A stretch of DNA of 64,000 nucleotides from a virus. Position 1 is the stretch's first letter; the number at the start of each line of letters is the position of its first letter. Shown here in pieces: positions 38,853 to 48,496 of the stretch. The notes under the pieces were generated by a model that did no database searches, was not told the DNA's origin, and saw nothing but the letters and a program-made list of their open reading frames with translations. Location of the stretch: the IMG/VR virus record IMGVR_UViG_3300012928_003129, positions 1-64,000 of that record; one strand, written 5' to 3'. Both the position numbers and the translations under genes were made by a program.

Positions 38853-39947
38853 ATGAAAAATATATCACTTTTTAAGGTGCATACACCACCGAACATAGGG
38901 GAAACATTACAGGAAGTTTTTGACTCCGGAATGATAACAGAAGGTACGTATTCCGATAAGTTTGAAAAAATGTTTGGAGAATATGTCAGTAATGATAATT
39001 GTTCTCTTTTGAACAGTTGTACTTCAGCATTAACGCTAGCATATCATATGGCTGGTGTAGGGCCTGGTGATGAAGTTATTTCAACACCAATGACATGCAT
39101 GGCAACAAACGAGCCAATAGATACATTGGGAGCAAAGATTGTCTGGGCAGACATCGACCCTAGTACGGGAAACATTGATCCTGAAAGTATAAAGAAAAGT
39201 ATAACCAGCAAAACTAAGGCAATTGTCGGTGTACACTGGGCTGGCCAGCCGTTTGAAATAGAGGAGATAAATTCAATAGCTTCAGAACATGGTATAAAGG
39301 TGATAGAAGACGCAGCACATGCAACAGGAGCCACTTTTAAAGGTGCCCCAATTGGATCACACAGTGATTATGTTTGCTTCTCGTTCCAGGCAATCAAACA
39401 CTTAACCACAGTCGATGGAGGCGCACTTTGTTCCAAAAGCAAAGAAGAGGACTTGCGTATAAAGAAATTGAGATGGTTTGGTTTAGACAGAAAATTTAAG
39501 GGAAGCAAGTGGAGCCAAGATATAACTGAATCTGGGTTTAAGTTTCATATGAACAATGTAAATGCTTCAATCGGAATTAAACAAATGAGTTACATTGAAG
39601 GTATTATTAATGGTCACAAAGAAAACCACAGATTTTATCAAGATAATATCACTAATCCCAAGATTACAAAAATGAGGGAAAATGATTATTCAGAATCCTC
39701 CTGTTGGATCTATACAGTGCTTGCCGAAGACAGAGAAGGGCTGCAAAAGTACCTATCAGAAAAGGGGATAGCTTCAGACCCAGTTCATGTTAGAAATGAT
39801 AACTATTCCGTATTTAAGGAATTTTTTCCAAAGAAGCCTTTAGTGGGAGCAGACGAATTTTGTAGCAAGCACTTAAATATACCAGTGGGCTGGTGGGTCT
39901 CCAAGGAAGACAGAGAATATATTGTAGAGGCTATAAATGGGTACTAA
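38853..39947 (+). CDS. DegT/DnrJ/EryC1/StrS sugar aminotransferase
   Basis: NSCTSAL, IEDAAH, SFQAIKHLTT. Confidence 0.92.
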   Translation: MKNISLFKVHTPPNIGETLQEVFDSGMITEGTYSDKFEKMFGEYVSNDNCSLLNSCTSALTLAYHMAGVGPGDEVISTPMTCMATNEPIDTLGAKIVWADIDPSTGNIDPESIKKSITSKTKAIVGVHWAGQPFEIEEINSIASEHGIKVIEDAAHATGATFKGAPIGSHSDYVCFSFQAIKHLTTVDGGALCSKSKEEDLRIKKLRWFGLDRKFKGSKWSQDITESGFKFHMNNVNASIGIKQMSYIEGIINGHKENHRFYQDNITNPKITKMRENDYSESSCWIYTVLAEDREGLQKYLSEKGIASDPVHVRNDNYSVFKEFFPKKPLVGADEFCSKHLNIPVGWWVSKEDREYIVEAINGY

Positions 39948-40719
39948 AGCTAGGTCATGTAGAGTAATTGTTAGTTGTTTTCGCTATGGGAGGTCTGCCA
40001 GGAACAATTCGCCACCAACACCTGAATCGGGAGTTAGGTTCTTACAAAGAATAATAAAAGCAGAATTAGATATCAAAACTGAAGAAAAGTATGATCTTAT
40101 AATAGTGAATCATGATACTGGATATATCCCCGGGAACCAATATATAGAAGCTTTAAACGGCGAATCTCTAGGGGAAAACAAAGGAACCATAAGAACAATA
40201 ACAGTACCCAATCGAGGAGCCAGTTTTGGGGGTTATAGTACCGCCTTTAAGATGTTTGCTCCGGATTACGAATATTGGATTTTTTCTGAGGATGATCATA
40301 TTCTATATCAAGACAATTACTATGATCACTTTATAAAAGAGTACGAAGAATACAAAGACAATAACATTGGTTTTTTGGCATTTGCTCCGATTGCAACTCA
40401 CGATCAGCACACCCCAAAGCACTCAGGAGGGGGATTTGGTCTGTGCAAAAAAGAAGACCTTGCAAAAATCTTAGACATTTATAATGGAAGAGACCTGTCT
40501 TGTTTATCAAGTAGAGGAATTATCAGTGCAGCAGAGGTGTTTTTTACGCATGATTTTATTACAATCGGAAAAGAAATATTGCCGCAACTTACATATTCTT
40601 GCTACCCAGTAAATCATCACAAATGCGCAGATCATACAATACATAGAAATTTAAGAAAACTCGAAGATAATGAAAATTACTTCTTTCAGGTAGGTATAGG
40701 AGATGGAGAAGAATGGTAG
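39937..40719 (+). CDS. Putative GT-A fold glycosyltransferase
   Basis: NRGASFGGY and SEDDH; cluster context. Confidence 0.5.
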   Translation: MGTKARSCRVIVSCFRYGRSARNNSPPTPESGVRFLQRIIKAELDIKTEEKYDLIIVNHDTGYIPGNQYIEALNGESLGENKGTIRTITVPNRGASFGGYSTAFKMFAPDYEYWIFSEDDHILYQDNYYDHFIKEYEEYKDNNIGFLAFAPIATHDQHTPKHSGGGFGLCKKEDLAKILDIYNGRDLSCLSSRGIISAAEVFFTHDFITIGKEILPQLTYSCYPVNHHKCADHTIHRNLRKLEDNENYFFQVGIGDGEEW

Positions 40720-41399
40720 AGAATAGTGACATTTGGAAAGAATTTTGGGAAGAGAGTAAATGCAAGCCTATTTGTGCAATTCCTCCAAAAGAAGCTTATG
40801 GTGGCACTAATATTGAACCCCTTGCCTCAATAGGTATGGCTCATTTTTTGGACCCTCTCAGGGCTCAATTTAAAGAAAATATTAAAATCTTAGATTATGG
40901 CGGAGGAGCAGGAATTTTAGGTAACTTTATTAGTGAAAGATTACAAAAATTTCAGTATTTTTGCCTAGAACCAAAAGGTGAACATGGAGAATCAAGAATA
41001 GAACTTGGTAAAAATTTGTTTAAAGATTCTCGTGTGTTTTTTGGGCTTATAGAAGAAGATTTAGAATACTGTTTTTCGAAAAGTGTAGATGCAATAATAT
41101 TGATATCTGTTTTCACACACTTGGAAAAGCAAGATATTGAACAGTCATTGGATAGGTTACATAAAGTTTTTGATTTTAACCCTGACTGTCAAATTGTTTT
41201 TTCTTGTTTTTTGGGCCCGGATTATGCTCTGCAGTTTCCTGAGCCTCACATTTGGGAAAGATTTTATGGAAAAGTTATTTTAGAAGAAGAATATTTAGAA
41301 AATATATGCAAAGAAAAGGGATTCAATATACAGAAGTGCAGCCCATTTATTGCTATGGGCGGTCATCGACACGAAATATTTAAATTAACAAAGGGATAA
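40713..41399 (+). CDS. Class I SAM-dependent methyltransferase
   Basis: ILDYGGGAG, ISVFTHL. Confidence 0.8.
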   Translation: MVENSDIWKEFWEESKCKPICAIPPKEAYGGTNIEPLASIGMAHFLDPLRAQFKENIKILDYGGGAGILGNFISERLQKFQYFCLEPKGEHGESRIELGKNLFKDSRVFFGLIEEDLEYCFSKSVDAIILISVFTHLEKQDIEQSLDRLHKVFDFNPDCQIVFSCFLGPDYALQFPEPHIWERFYGKVILEEEYLENICKEKGFNIQKCSPFIAMGGHRHEIFKLTKG

Positions 41400-41402
41400 A
41401 AA

Positions 41403-41975
41403 TTGATAGGTTGGAATGAAGATATAAAAAGACATTTAGGACATTGTGGAGAAAATGTTTTTATAGGACATAATACAATGTTTGCAAACCCAGAGAAAGT
41501 GTTTTTGGGTGACAATGTTAGAATTGATCCTTTTTGTTGGATTAGTGCCGGCCTTAAAACTGGGAACAATGTTCAAATAACTTCTCATGTTGTATTGGGT
41601 GGTGGATCATGCAGTACTATAACTTTAGGAGATTGGACTTTTGTTGGCTATGGTACTAAGTTCTTTTGTGGGTCAGAGGATTATAGCGGCGAGCACGGCC
41701 CTGTAAACGACTTTTGGGGTAATAATAAGGTATACAGAGGGGATATCACAATATCTGATTACGCTGGCGTTGCTAGTGATGTAATGGTAATGCCCGGAGT
41801 GACCATTCCGGAAGGGTGTACTATAGGTGCAAAATCTTTTGTATACACTAGGAACGCACTCACACCATGGAGTGTCTGGATAGGCAACCCTTTAAAGTTT
41901 CATAAAGATAGAAACAAGGAAAGGGTCTTAGAATTAGCTAAAGACAAACAATTTTTAAAGGAGAAGTGGAGATAA
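41403..41975 (+). CDS. Left-handed beta-helix acyltransferase
   Basis: Hexapeptide repeats; MPGVTI..IGAKS..WIGNP. Confidence 0.85.
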   Translation: MIGWNEDIKRHLGHCGENVFIGHNTMFANPEKVFLGDNVRIDPFCWISAGLKTGNNVQITSHVVLGGGSCSTITLGDWTFVGYGTKFFCGSEDYSGEHGPVNDFWGNNKVYRGDITISDYAGVASDVMVMPGVTIPEGCTIGAKSFVYTRNALTPWSVWIGNPLKFHKDRNKERVLELAKDKQFLKEKWR

Positions 41976-42838
41976 TGTTTACAGACTCAACAAACAGTAT
42001 GAATATGCCGTGGGTACATTCACCAGTTTTTAATAGTATTTTAAATAATCTAGATATTTCAGATGAGCAAAGAGAACTTGCAGAAAAATTCAACAAAGAC
42101 GGTTATGTTGTGGTGGATCTAGGACTTTCAGATCAAGAGATAGAAACCTTAAAAAAAGAGGTTTTGGAGTCGGAGCACAAACAACAGGAAGAGTTTTACC
42201 ATTATTCTGACTCTCCAAGGGTTTTTGAGGCTTGGAGGAAGTGTGAAAGTGTAGTGGACATAGCCCTGCATCCAAAGATAGTCGAAACAGTAGAGTTTCT
42301 ATATGGAAGGAAAGCATTCCCGTTTCAAACAATTAACTTTATGAAGGGCTCCAACCAGCCTATACACAGTGATGCGATACACTTTCATACGATCCCTCAA
42401 CTGTGGGTCGCAGCAGCCTGGGTAGCGTTTGAAGACATGGACGATACTAATGGGACGCTTGCATATTATCCAGGCAGCCACAAGATGCCTGTTTATGATT
42501 TTAAGTCATTGAACCTTGGACCAACCGCTTATGGTGAGCAAGCAGAAAATTATGAAAAGTATGAACAGTTTATTCGCGAAATGATAGAATCAAATAGCCT
42601 AGAGAGAAACCTGTTTACTGCCAAGAAGGGCGAAGCTCTTATCTGGTCTGCAAACTTGTTGCATGGCGGCTCTGAAATAAAAGACGAGAAAAGAACTAGG
42701 TGGAGCCAAGCTACACACTATTATTTTGAAGGGTGCGAACACTATTATACACCTATGTTTTCAGATCCATTCGAAGGTTCATACGCGGAAAAAGATATAG
42801 AAAATAAAAATATAAGAAAAAGGCTAAAAACAGTATGA
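41975..42838 (+). CDS. PhyH-family 2OG-Fe(II) dioxygenase
   Basis: HSD, WVAFED, NGTL.YYPGSH, LLHGG. Confidence 0.85.
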   Translation: MFTDSTNSMNMPWVHSPVFNSILNNLDISDEQRELAEKFNKDGYVVVDLGLSDQEIETLKKEVLESEHKQQEEFYHYSDSPRVFEAWRKCESVVDIALHPKIVETVEFLYGRKAFPFQTINFMKGSNQPIHSDAIHFHTIPQLWVAAAWVAFEDMDDTNGTLAYYPGSHKMPVYDFKSLNLGPTAYGEQAENYEKYEQFIREMIESNSLERNLFTAKKGEALIWSANLLHGGSEIKDEKRTRWSQATHYYFEGCEHYYTPMFSDPFEGSYAEKDIENKNIRKRLKTV

Positions 42839-43806
42839 TTATAAAAGGCTTGGGTTCCTATTTGCCTGACCGGATTTTGACAAATAAGGAAATTGAAAAA
42901 ACTGTAAAAACTTCTGATGCTTGGATTCAAGAGAAATTAGGAATTAGAGAAAGGCGCATCGCAGATGATGAAGTATGCTCTTCAGATTTGGCTCTAGGGT
43001 CGTCTATTAGAGCCCTTGAAGATGCCTCTATGGAAGCTAGTGAGATAGATTTGATTATAGTCGCTACTTCGACCCCGGATAGGATAAGTCCATCTACTGC
43101 ATGCATTTTGCAAGAAAAATTAGGAGCTTTTTCCGCCGCGGCATTTGATATAAATGCGGTTTGCAGCGGATTTCTATATGGTCTCCAATTAGCTTCAGGC
43201 CTCCTAAAGTCTGGAACATACAATAATATTCTATTGGTAGCAACGGAGACATATTCAAGAATAACTAATTGGCAAAGTCGACAATGTGTTTTCTTTGGTG
43301 ATGGGTCAGGCGCAGTCGTACTCAATTCTGGAAATGAAGAATCATTTTTTGATTGTCTATTATATGCAGATGGTAAGGGTAAAGAACACTTCACTGTTAA
43401 GGCAGGAGGTTCTTATATGCCATGTAGTAAGGAGACACTATCAGAAAAGCAACACTATTTTAAAATGAATGGGAAACAGGTATATGAAACAGGAATAAAG
43501 GTTTTACCAGATGCTATTAATCGAGTATTAGAGAAAAATAACATGACGATAGAACAGGTAGATCATTTGGTGCCACATCAACCAAGCATTAATATATTAA
43601 AAGAAACAGCAAAAATAATAAACTTGCCCTTTTCAAAGGTCGCAACATCGATGCAAGTATGTGCAAACACAGCCGGAGCATCAATTCCTGTTACTTTGGA
43701 TTTATTGAGAAAGGAAAAGGGTATCGAAAAGGGCGCAATGCTACTTTTCGCAGCTGTGGGTTCTGGGTGGACTTGGGGATCTTCACTGATAAGGTGGGCA
43801 AAATGA
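42835..43806 (+). CDS. fabH: 3-oxoacyl-ACP synthase III
   Basis: GIRERR, AVCSGF (Cys), FGDGSGA, PHQ (His), ANT (Asn), GSGWTWG. Confidence 0.92.
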   Translation: MIIKGLGSYLPDRILTNKEIEKTVKTSDAWIQEKLGIRERRIADDEVCSSDLALGSSIRALEDASMEASEIDLIIVATSTPDRISPSTACILQEKLGAFSAAAFDINAVCSGFLYGLQLASGLLKSGTYNNILLVATETYSRITNWQSRQCVFFGDGSGAVVLNSGNEESFFDCLLYADGKGKEHFTVKAGGSYMPCSKETLSEKQHYFKMNGKQVYETGIKVLPDAINRVLEKNNMTIEQVDHLVPHQPSINILKETAKIINLPFSKVATSMQVCANTAGASIPVTLDLLRKEKGIEKGAMLLFAAVGSGWTWGSSLIRWAK

Positions 43807-44450
43807 ACAGAATAGCATTCTTTGGAGGTACTGGCGGCCTGGGTAAAGAATTAATACCATTACTGTCAGAGGATCACAGGATTACAACAATAGGGTCGAA
43901 AGACGTAGATATAACCAATAGAGAGCAGGTGTTTGATTTTTTTGCAGAAAATGATTTTGAGGTAGTAATAAACTTTTCCGCTTTTAATTATGACTCTTTT
44001 TTGCATAAACTGGATATGACAAAAACAGACAAAGTAAAGAATCAGTTGGACGTTAATGTGCTTGGCAATGTTAATATACTTTCCGCGTGTTTACCAATGA
44101 TGAGAAAAAACAATTTTGGAAGAGTTATTGGAGCTTCGTCTATATTAAGTTCTAGGCCAATTCCTGGAACTTCCTTGTATTCCGCATCAAAATCTTTTAT
44201 AGAAACGCTATATAAAACAGCATCTTTGGAAAATTGTAGTAAAAATATTACTTGTAATACGATACAATTAGGTTACTTTGACGGTGGGCTTGCTCATAAG
44301 ATTCCAGAAGAAATCAGGAATAAAATTGTTAAAAGCATACCTTCCAAAAGACTAGGTAGCATAGAAGAGTTAAACTTAGCGATCAGATTCTTATTAGGTG
44401 TATCGTACATGAACGGCGAAGTGCTAAATATAAACGGTGGATTAAATTGA
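43803..44450 (+). CDS. SDR oxidoreductase (FabG-like)
   Basis: Start reassigned to the ATGA overlap; GGTGGLG, YSASK, IPSKRLG. Confidence 0.85.
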   Translation: MNRIAFFGGTGGLGKELIPLLSEDHRITTIGSKDVDITNREQVFDFFAENDFEVVINFSAFNYDSFLHKLDMTKTDKVKNQLDVNVLGNVNILSACLPMMRKNNFGRVIGASSILSSRPIPGTSLYSASKSFIETLYKTASLENCSKNITCNTIQLGYFDGGLAHKIPEEIRNKIVKSIPSKRLGSIEELNLAIRFLLGVSYMNGEVLNINGGLN

Positions 44451-46051
44451 AAGACTTAAAAATTTTATTAATAATGCCCTACTTTGAGAGGCCCAAGATG
44501 GTAGTAAATGCCCTTCGCAGCATGGAAGATATAGATTATGAAAATTATGAAATTTGCATAGTAGACGATGGCAGTGTAATTGACCCCATTGAAAAAGTTA
44601 TGGAACAAAACAACATTTCTATTTCAAATTTAAAAATTTTAAAGACAAACGATTCCTTGGAAAATAAAAAACAGAGAGGTTCAATCCATGGAAAGTTTAT
44701 GAATCAAGCAATCCGCGAAAGCGATGCGGATATAATAGTGATGATGAGTGATGATGATGCAGTGCATAGAAATTATTTTACAAAATTAAATAAATTTTAC
44801 AGTTTAAATGATCATGTGAATTATAGTTACGCACACGTTATACCTTTCGATCCGTTTGATCAAGTTCCATGCGATACTTTGGTTGTCCACAATATGAACA
44901 GAAAATGGAACACAACAGCTGCCTCGGGATTAAATTGGACTCACCCCATAAATCCATTTTGTAATGTAGATGCAACCCAAGTATCGTGGAGATCTTTATG
45001 TAATAAAGAGCACAATATATGGTTGCCGGAAGAACAAACAAAAAATCTAGATGCCTCTTTCTACCAAGACATGTTTGCAAAGTTTGGAAATTGTGTATTT
45101 AATGGTTCGATTAGTGTCTACAAGGGGTTCCACAAAGACCAGTTGTCTAATCGCAAAGAAGGAGACCAGTTTTTACCAAGTGATTCTAAAAACAAAGTCA
45201 GATATTTAAGTATATGTACAAACTTTAAAGATGAAGTAAAGTATCTAAAAGAATGGCTAGATTATCATATTGAGATAGGTGTAGATCATTTCTATCTTTA
45301 TGACAACAATAGTGAAGACAATTATGCAGAAGTTTTAAAGCCATATTATGATGAAGGTTATATAACATTAAAAAAAGTAAAATCAAACCCAGCCAAGCCA
45401 AAGGTCTATGAGGACTTTTTGAATAATCATAAATTTGAGACTTATTGGGTTGCATTTGTTGACTGCGATGAATTTATAACATTTAAACATGAGAATACAA
45501 ATGCTTATAAATTTTTTAAAAACTATGAAGATTATCCTGCTGTAGGTCTAAACTGGCTGATGTTCGGTTCATCTAATTTAGAAAAAAATGAGAACAATTT
45601 AGTTCTAGATAAGTTTGAACTATGTAATGATCCTTTTGATCATTCACACAATAATGTAAGTTGCCATATAAAAAGCGTAATAAACCCGAGAAAAACAATT
45701 CCAAAATATTTAAACCCCCACTTCTGTATCTATGATACTACGCTCTGTTATCCGTATTCGCCCTTGGCTGTAGATACTGATCAGGAGTATATCACCGGTG
45801 AAAAAAGAAAAGTCGACGGAGAAAAATATTATTTTGCAGCCACCGATAAGCCAAAATTTACAAAAGCATTCATTAGGCATTACTGGTGTAAATCTAAGGA
45901 TGAATTTATAGAACGAAGACTTGGAGCTGCGGAAGACGACACTGGTGGAGTTCAGTATGAAACAATGAAACAATGTGTGGAAGAATTCGATGAAATGAAC
46001 AAACATTTCAATAAATTAAATTATAAAAACTTTATAGGAGAAGTATCATGA
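44447..46051 (+). CDS. Bifunctional GT2 + GT92-like glycosyltransferase
   Basis: IVDDGS..SDDD; YLKEWLDYH..GVDHFYLYDNNS..DCDEF. Confidence 0.82.
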   Translation: MKDLKILLIMPYFERPKMVVNALRSMEDIDYENYEICIVDDGSVIDPIEKVMEQNNISISNLKILKTNDSLENKKQRGSIHGKFMNQAIRESDADIIVMMSDDDAVHRNYFTKLNKFYSLNDHVNYSYAHVIPFDPFDQVPCDTLVVHNMNRKWNTTAASGLNWTHPINPFCNVDATQVSWRSLCNKEHNIWLPEEQTKNLDASFYQDMFAKFGNCVFNGSISVYKGFHKDQLSNRKEGDQFLPSDSKNKVRYLSICTNFKDEVKYLKEWLDYHIEIGVDHFYLYDNNSEDNYAEVLKPYYDEGYITLKKVKSNPAKPKVYEDFLNNHKFETYWVAFVDCDEFITFKHENTNAYKFFKNYEDYPAVGLNWLMFGSSNLEKNENNLVLDKFELCNDPFDHSHNNVSCHIKSVINPRKTIPKYLNPHFCIYDTTLCYPYSPLAVDTDQEYITGEKRKVDGEKYYFAATDKPKFTKAFIRHYWCKSKDEFIERRLGAAEDDTGGVQYETMKQCVEEFDEMNKHFNKLNYKNFIGEVS

Positions 46052-46260
46052 AATTATCAAATCAAGCAATGGGTGCCATTATGATGGCATTACAAAAAAG
46101 CCTCTTGGAACAGACAGACATCGTTCCAACTTTAGAAGGTTTTAATTTTGAAATGAACGAAAGAGAGGAACTAATAGTGAAGAACCCTCCAAATTTCAAA
46201 ATAGGAACAGATGTGTTCACACCAGGGGCAGAAAAGAAGAGTACAGTTGGATCAGATTGA
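46048..46260 (+). CDS. Hypothetical protein
   Basis: ORF with SD AGGAG. Confidence 0.7.
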   Translation: MKLSNQAMGAIMMALQKSLLEQTDIVPTLEGFNFEMNEREELIVKNPPNFKIGTDVFTPGAEKKSTVGSD

Positions 46261-46508
46261 TGCCAGTTTATTGTTACAAATGCAAATCTTGTATGAAAGA
46301 GTTCGAAGTTAGACATAGTATGAATTTTGAAGAACAAAAATGCACAGAGTGTGATAGTAATGATGTGTTTAAGGTCCCATCTCTTGGGAAAATAAACAAT
46401 ATTGTATCATCGGCTCCCAAGGCCGGTAAGATCGTTGATGAATATATTCGCGATGTAAAAAAAGAAATAGAAAAAGAAAAGAAAAAATTAAAATCAGAGG
46501 AAATGTAG
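46260..46508 (+). CDS. FmdB-family zinc-ribbon protein
   Basis: MPVYCYKCKSC..FE..CTEC. Confidence 0.8.
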   Translation: MPVYCYKCKSCMKEFEVRHSMNFEEQKCTECDSNDVFKVPSLGKINNIVSSAPKAGKIVDEYIRDVKKEIEKEKKKLKSEEM

Positions 46509-46509
46509 T

Positions 46510-46815
46510 ATGTGGTTCTGGCTTTTTATAGTAAGTAGTTGTTTAAATATATTGGCCTTATTTTATGTTAGGTGGCTTATAAGGGTTATAGCGACCATAA
46601 ATGAAGATATGGAAAATGTATCAGGCTTGGTATCAATGTTCGCAGAGCATACGAAAAGTGTTTATGAATTGGAGATGTTTTATGGAGATGACACGTTGAA
46701 ATCTTTAATGGATCACGCATCCCAGCTTTCAGAAAAACTTTCCAATGTAGATTTAGTTTTAAATGAAAAGGAAATAGATGCAGAAACTGAAGAAGAAACG
46801 CCGCAAGAGGACTAA
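46510..46815 (+). CDS. Single-TM hypothetical protein
   Basis: N-terminal TM; YELEMFYGDDTL. Confidence 0.7.
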   Translation: MWFWLFIVSSCLNILALFYVRWLIRVIATINEDMENVSGLVSMFAEHTKSVYELEMFYGDDTLKSLMDHASQLSEKLSNVDLVLNEKEIDAETEEETPQED

Positions 46816-47485
46816 AAACAATTATTTTACAAAAATTCATGAAGATGCGATTGTTGAATATGCAAAATCTCTTTGTATAAAACAAAGAACTAAGCTTTAT
46901 GAATCATTAATCCAGCCAGCTTTTGAAGAAATGGTAAATAAGATAATCTTTACTTATAAGTTTAATAATTTACCAAACATTGACCCATTAAGGGAAGATT
47001 GTAAAATTTGGTTAACTACTATTTTGGATAAATATGATCCAAATAAAGGGTCAAAGGCATTTTCTTATTTTTCGGTAGTAACTAAAAACTGGTTTATTCA
47101 CAAGGTAAAGGTAAACTCAAAAAGGATCAAGAGAGAAGTTTCATATGAAAACTTGGTAGAAACCGGCGGATCTGATGTGTTAGGAACATCAGATACCGAA
47201 AGTCAAGATTATATGGAACAGAGAATAGAGACAGAATTTTGGAATGCATTGTTAACTCAGGTAGACAGATGGGATACCGGTAATTTAAAGCCAAATGAAA
47301 AAGCAGTGCTAGAGGCCGTAAAAGTTTTATTATGTAATATAGAAGACATTGAGATTTTTAATAAAAAGGCTGTTTATCTTTATCTAAGAGAGCTGACAGG
47401 GCTAAATACAAAACAGGTTGTAAATAACCTCAACAAGTTAAGGGAAAAGTATAGGACATTTAAGTACAAGTGGGATAGGGAATAA
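46778..47485 (+). CDS. Phage sigma factor (gp55-like late sigma candidate)
   Basis: NYFT..; region 2-like LDKYDPNKGSKAFSYFSVVTKNW; C-terminal HTH-like segment; lies before the structural genes. Confidence 0.7.
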   Translation: MQKLKKKRRKRTKNNYFTKIHEDAIVEYAKSLCIKQRTKLYESLIQPAFEEMVNKIIFTYKFNNLPNIDPLREDCKIWLTTILDKYDPNKGSKAFSYFSVVTKNWFIHKVKVNSKRIKREVSYENLVETGGSDVLGTSDTESQDYMEQRIETEFWNALLTQVDRWDTGNLKPNEKAVLEAVKVLLCNIEDIEIFNKKAVYLYLRELTGLNTKQVVNNLNKLREKYRTFKYKWDRE

Positions 47486-47508
47486 ATTTAATTATTTCTA
47501 ATTATAGT

Positions 47509-47805
47509 ATGAGTAAGGAATTAAAAAATTTTATAGAAAGAGCTAATCAGAATGTTGTAGAAGACAGAGCGGCAACAAAAACACTGCTCATGGCTATTAT
47601 GAAATATATGCAGACTGGAGATGATAGGCACAAAGAAGTTGGCTTGATCGCTGCAAAATACCTAGAAACTTTACAAAGATCAAATGAACAACTTGTAAAG
47701 CTTGCTTCTTTGGTGCAAAAAAATGAAAGAGGAGAGGCTGGTATAACCGAACAAGACAAACAAGACTTGTTTGATATGATAAACCAAGTAGAAGAAGATG
47801 CCTAA
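47509..47805 (+). CDS. Hypothetical coiled-coil protein
   Basis: ATG 12 nt after the start of TCTAATTA. Confidence 0.7.
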   Translation: MSKELKNFIERANQNVVEDRAATKTLLMAIMKYMQTGDDRHKEVGLIAAKYLETLQRSNEQLVKLASLVQKNERGEAGITEQDKQDLFDMINQVEEDA

Positions 47806-48484
47806 CATATTAGACAATGTACAAATTGACGAAATAGTCCGCGCCGCCGGTCACTCAACTCCCCAAATGTCACCAGAACAGTTGCCTTCAGATGATTTTT
47901 CTCCTGGAAGAAACCTGCACGACAAGTTAATGAATACAGCTGATTATCACAATAAAAAGGCCACTAGAAAATATAAAGATTTAGAATTTGTTGGATTAAT
48001 CCTGCGAGTTCGAACTCTTGCAAGTAGAAAGCAATTAGAAAATAGAACCAGTCCCGTTTTTTCAAATTATATTCTTGAGACATCTCAAAACAACGATCAG
48101 AAAATATATGAACTGTTTGTTCACATTCCAGAAGTATCCGGAATATTACCGCAACCATCCTTCGCAAATATAGTTGATTATAAAAACTCTAGACTTAGTG
48201 AGTTTGATGAAAAAAAATATGAAATGATCACAAGCAGATTTCCAAGATTCTATTGCACTGGAAAGACCCAACCAGGTATATTTGATATATGGAAGGTAAG
48301 CTACCCAGACGAAAATTTTCTTTATTTTGGGCGGGCTAATAAATTACACAAAAATGCATCTGCTGTGTTTACGCTGGAATACGAAAAAATTCAAAAATAT
48401 TACAATGAGCAAAATCCCAAACCGAATCAGACTCCAGTCGAAGGCGGCGATATCAGCCTGTCGTCTGTCAACGGGCTTGTATAG
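47798..48484 (+). CDS. Hypothetical protein (possible baseplate hub OB-fold part)
   Basis: Directly before the LysM/gp5-like gene. Confidence 0.55.
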   Translation: MPNILDNVQIDEIVRAAGHSTPQMSPEQLPSDDFSPGRNLHDKLMNTADYHNKKATRKYKDLEFVGLILRVRTLASRKQLENRTSPVFSNYILETSQNNDQKIYELFVHIPEVSGILPQPSFANIVDYKNSRLSEFDEKKYEMITSRFPRFYCTGKTQPGIFDIWKVSYPDENFLYFGRANKLHKNASAVFTLEYEKIQKYYNEQNPKPNQTPVEGGDISLSSVNGLV

Positions 48485-48496
48485 GTTAGAATTGTT

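Noticed and set aside
32488-46051. Bacterial O-antigen locus, meaning the window is a cellular chromosome
   Set aside because: No wzx/wzy/wzm/wzt export genes. The cluster is translationally coupled to phage-type genes on both sides, and the window carries baseplate genes.
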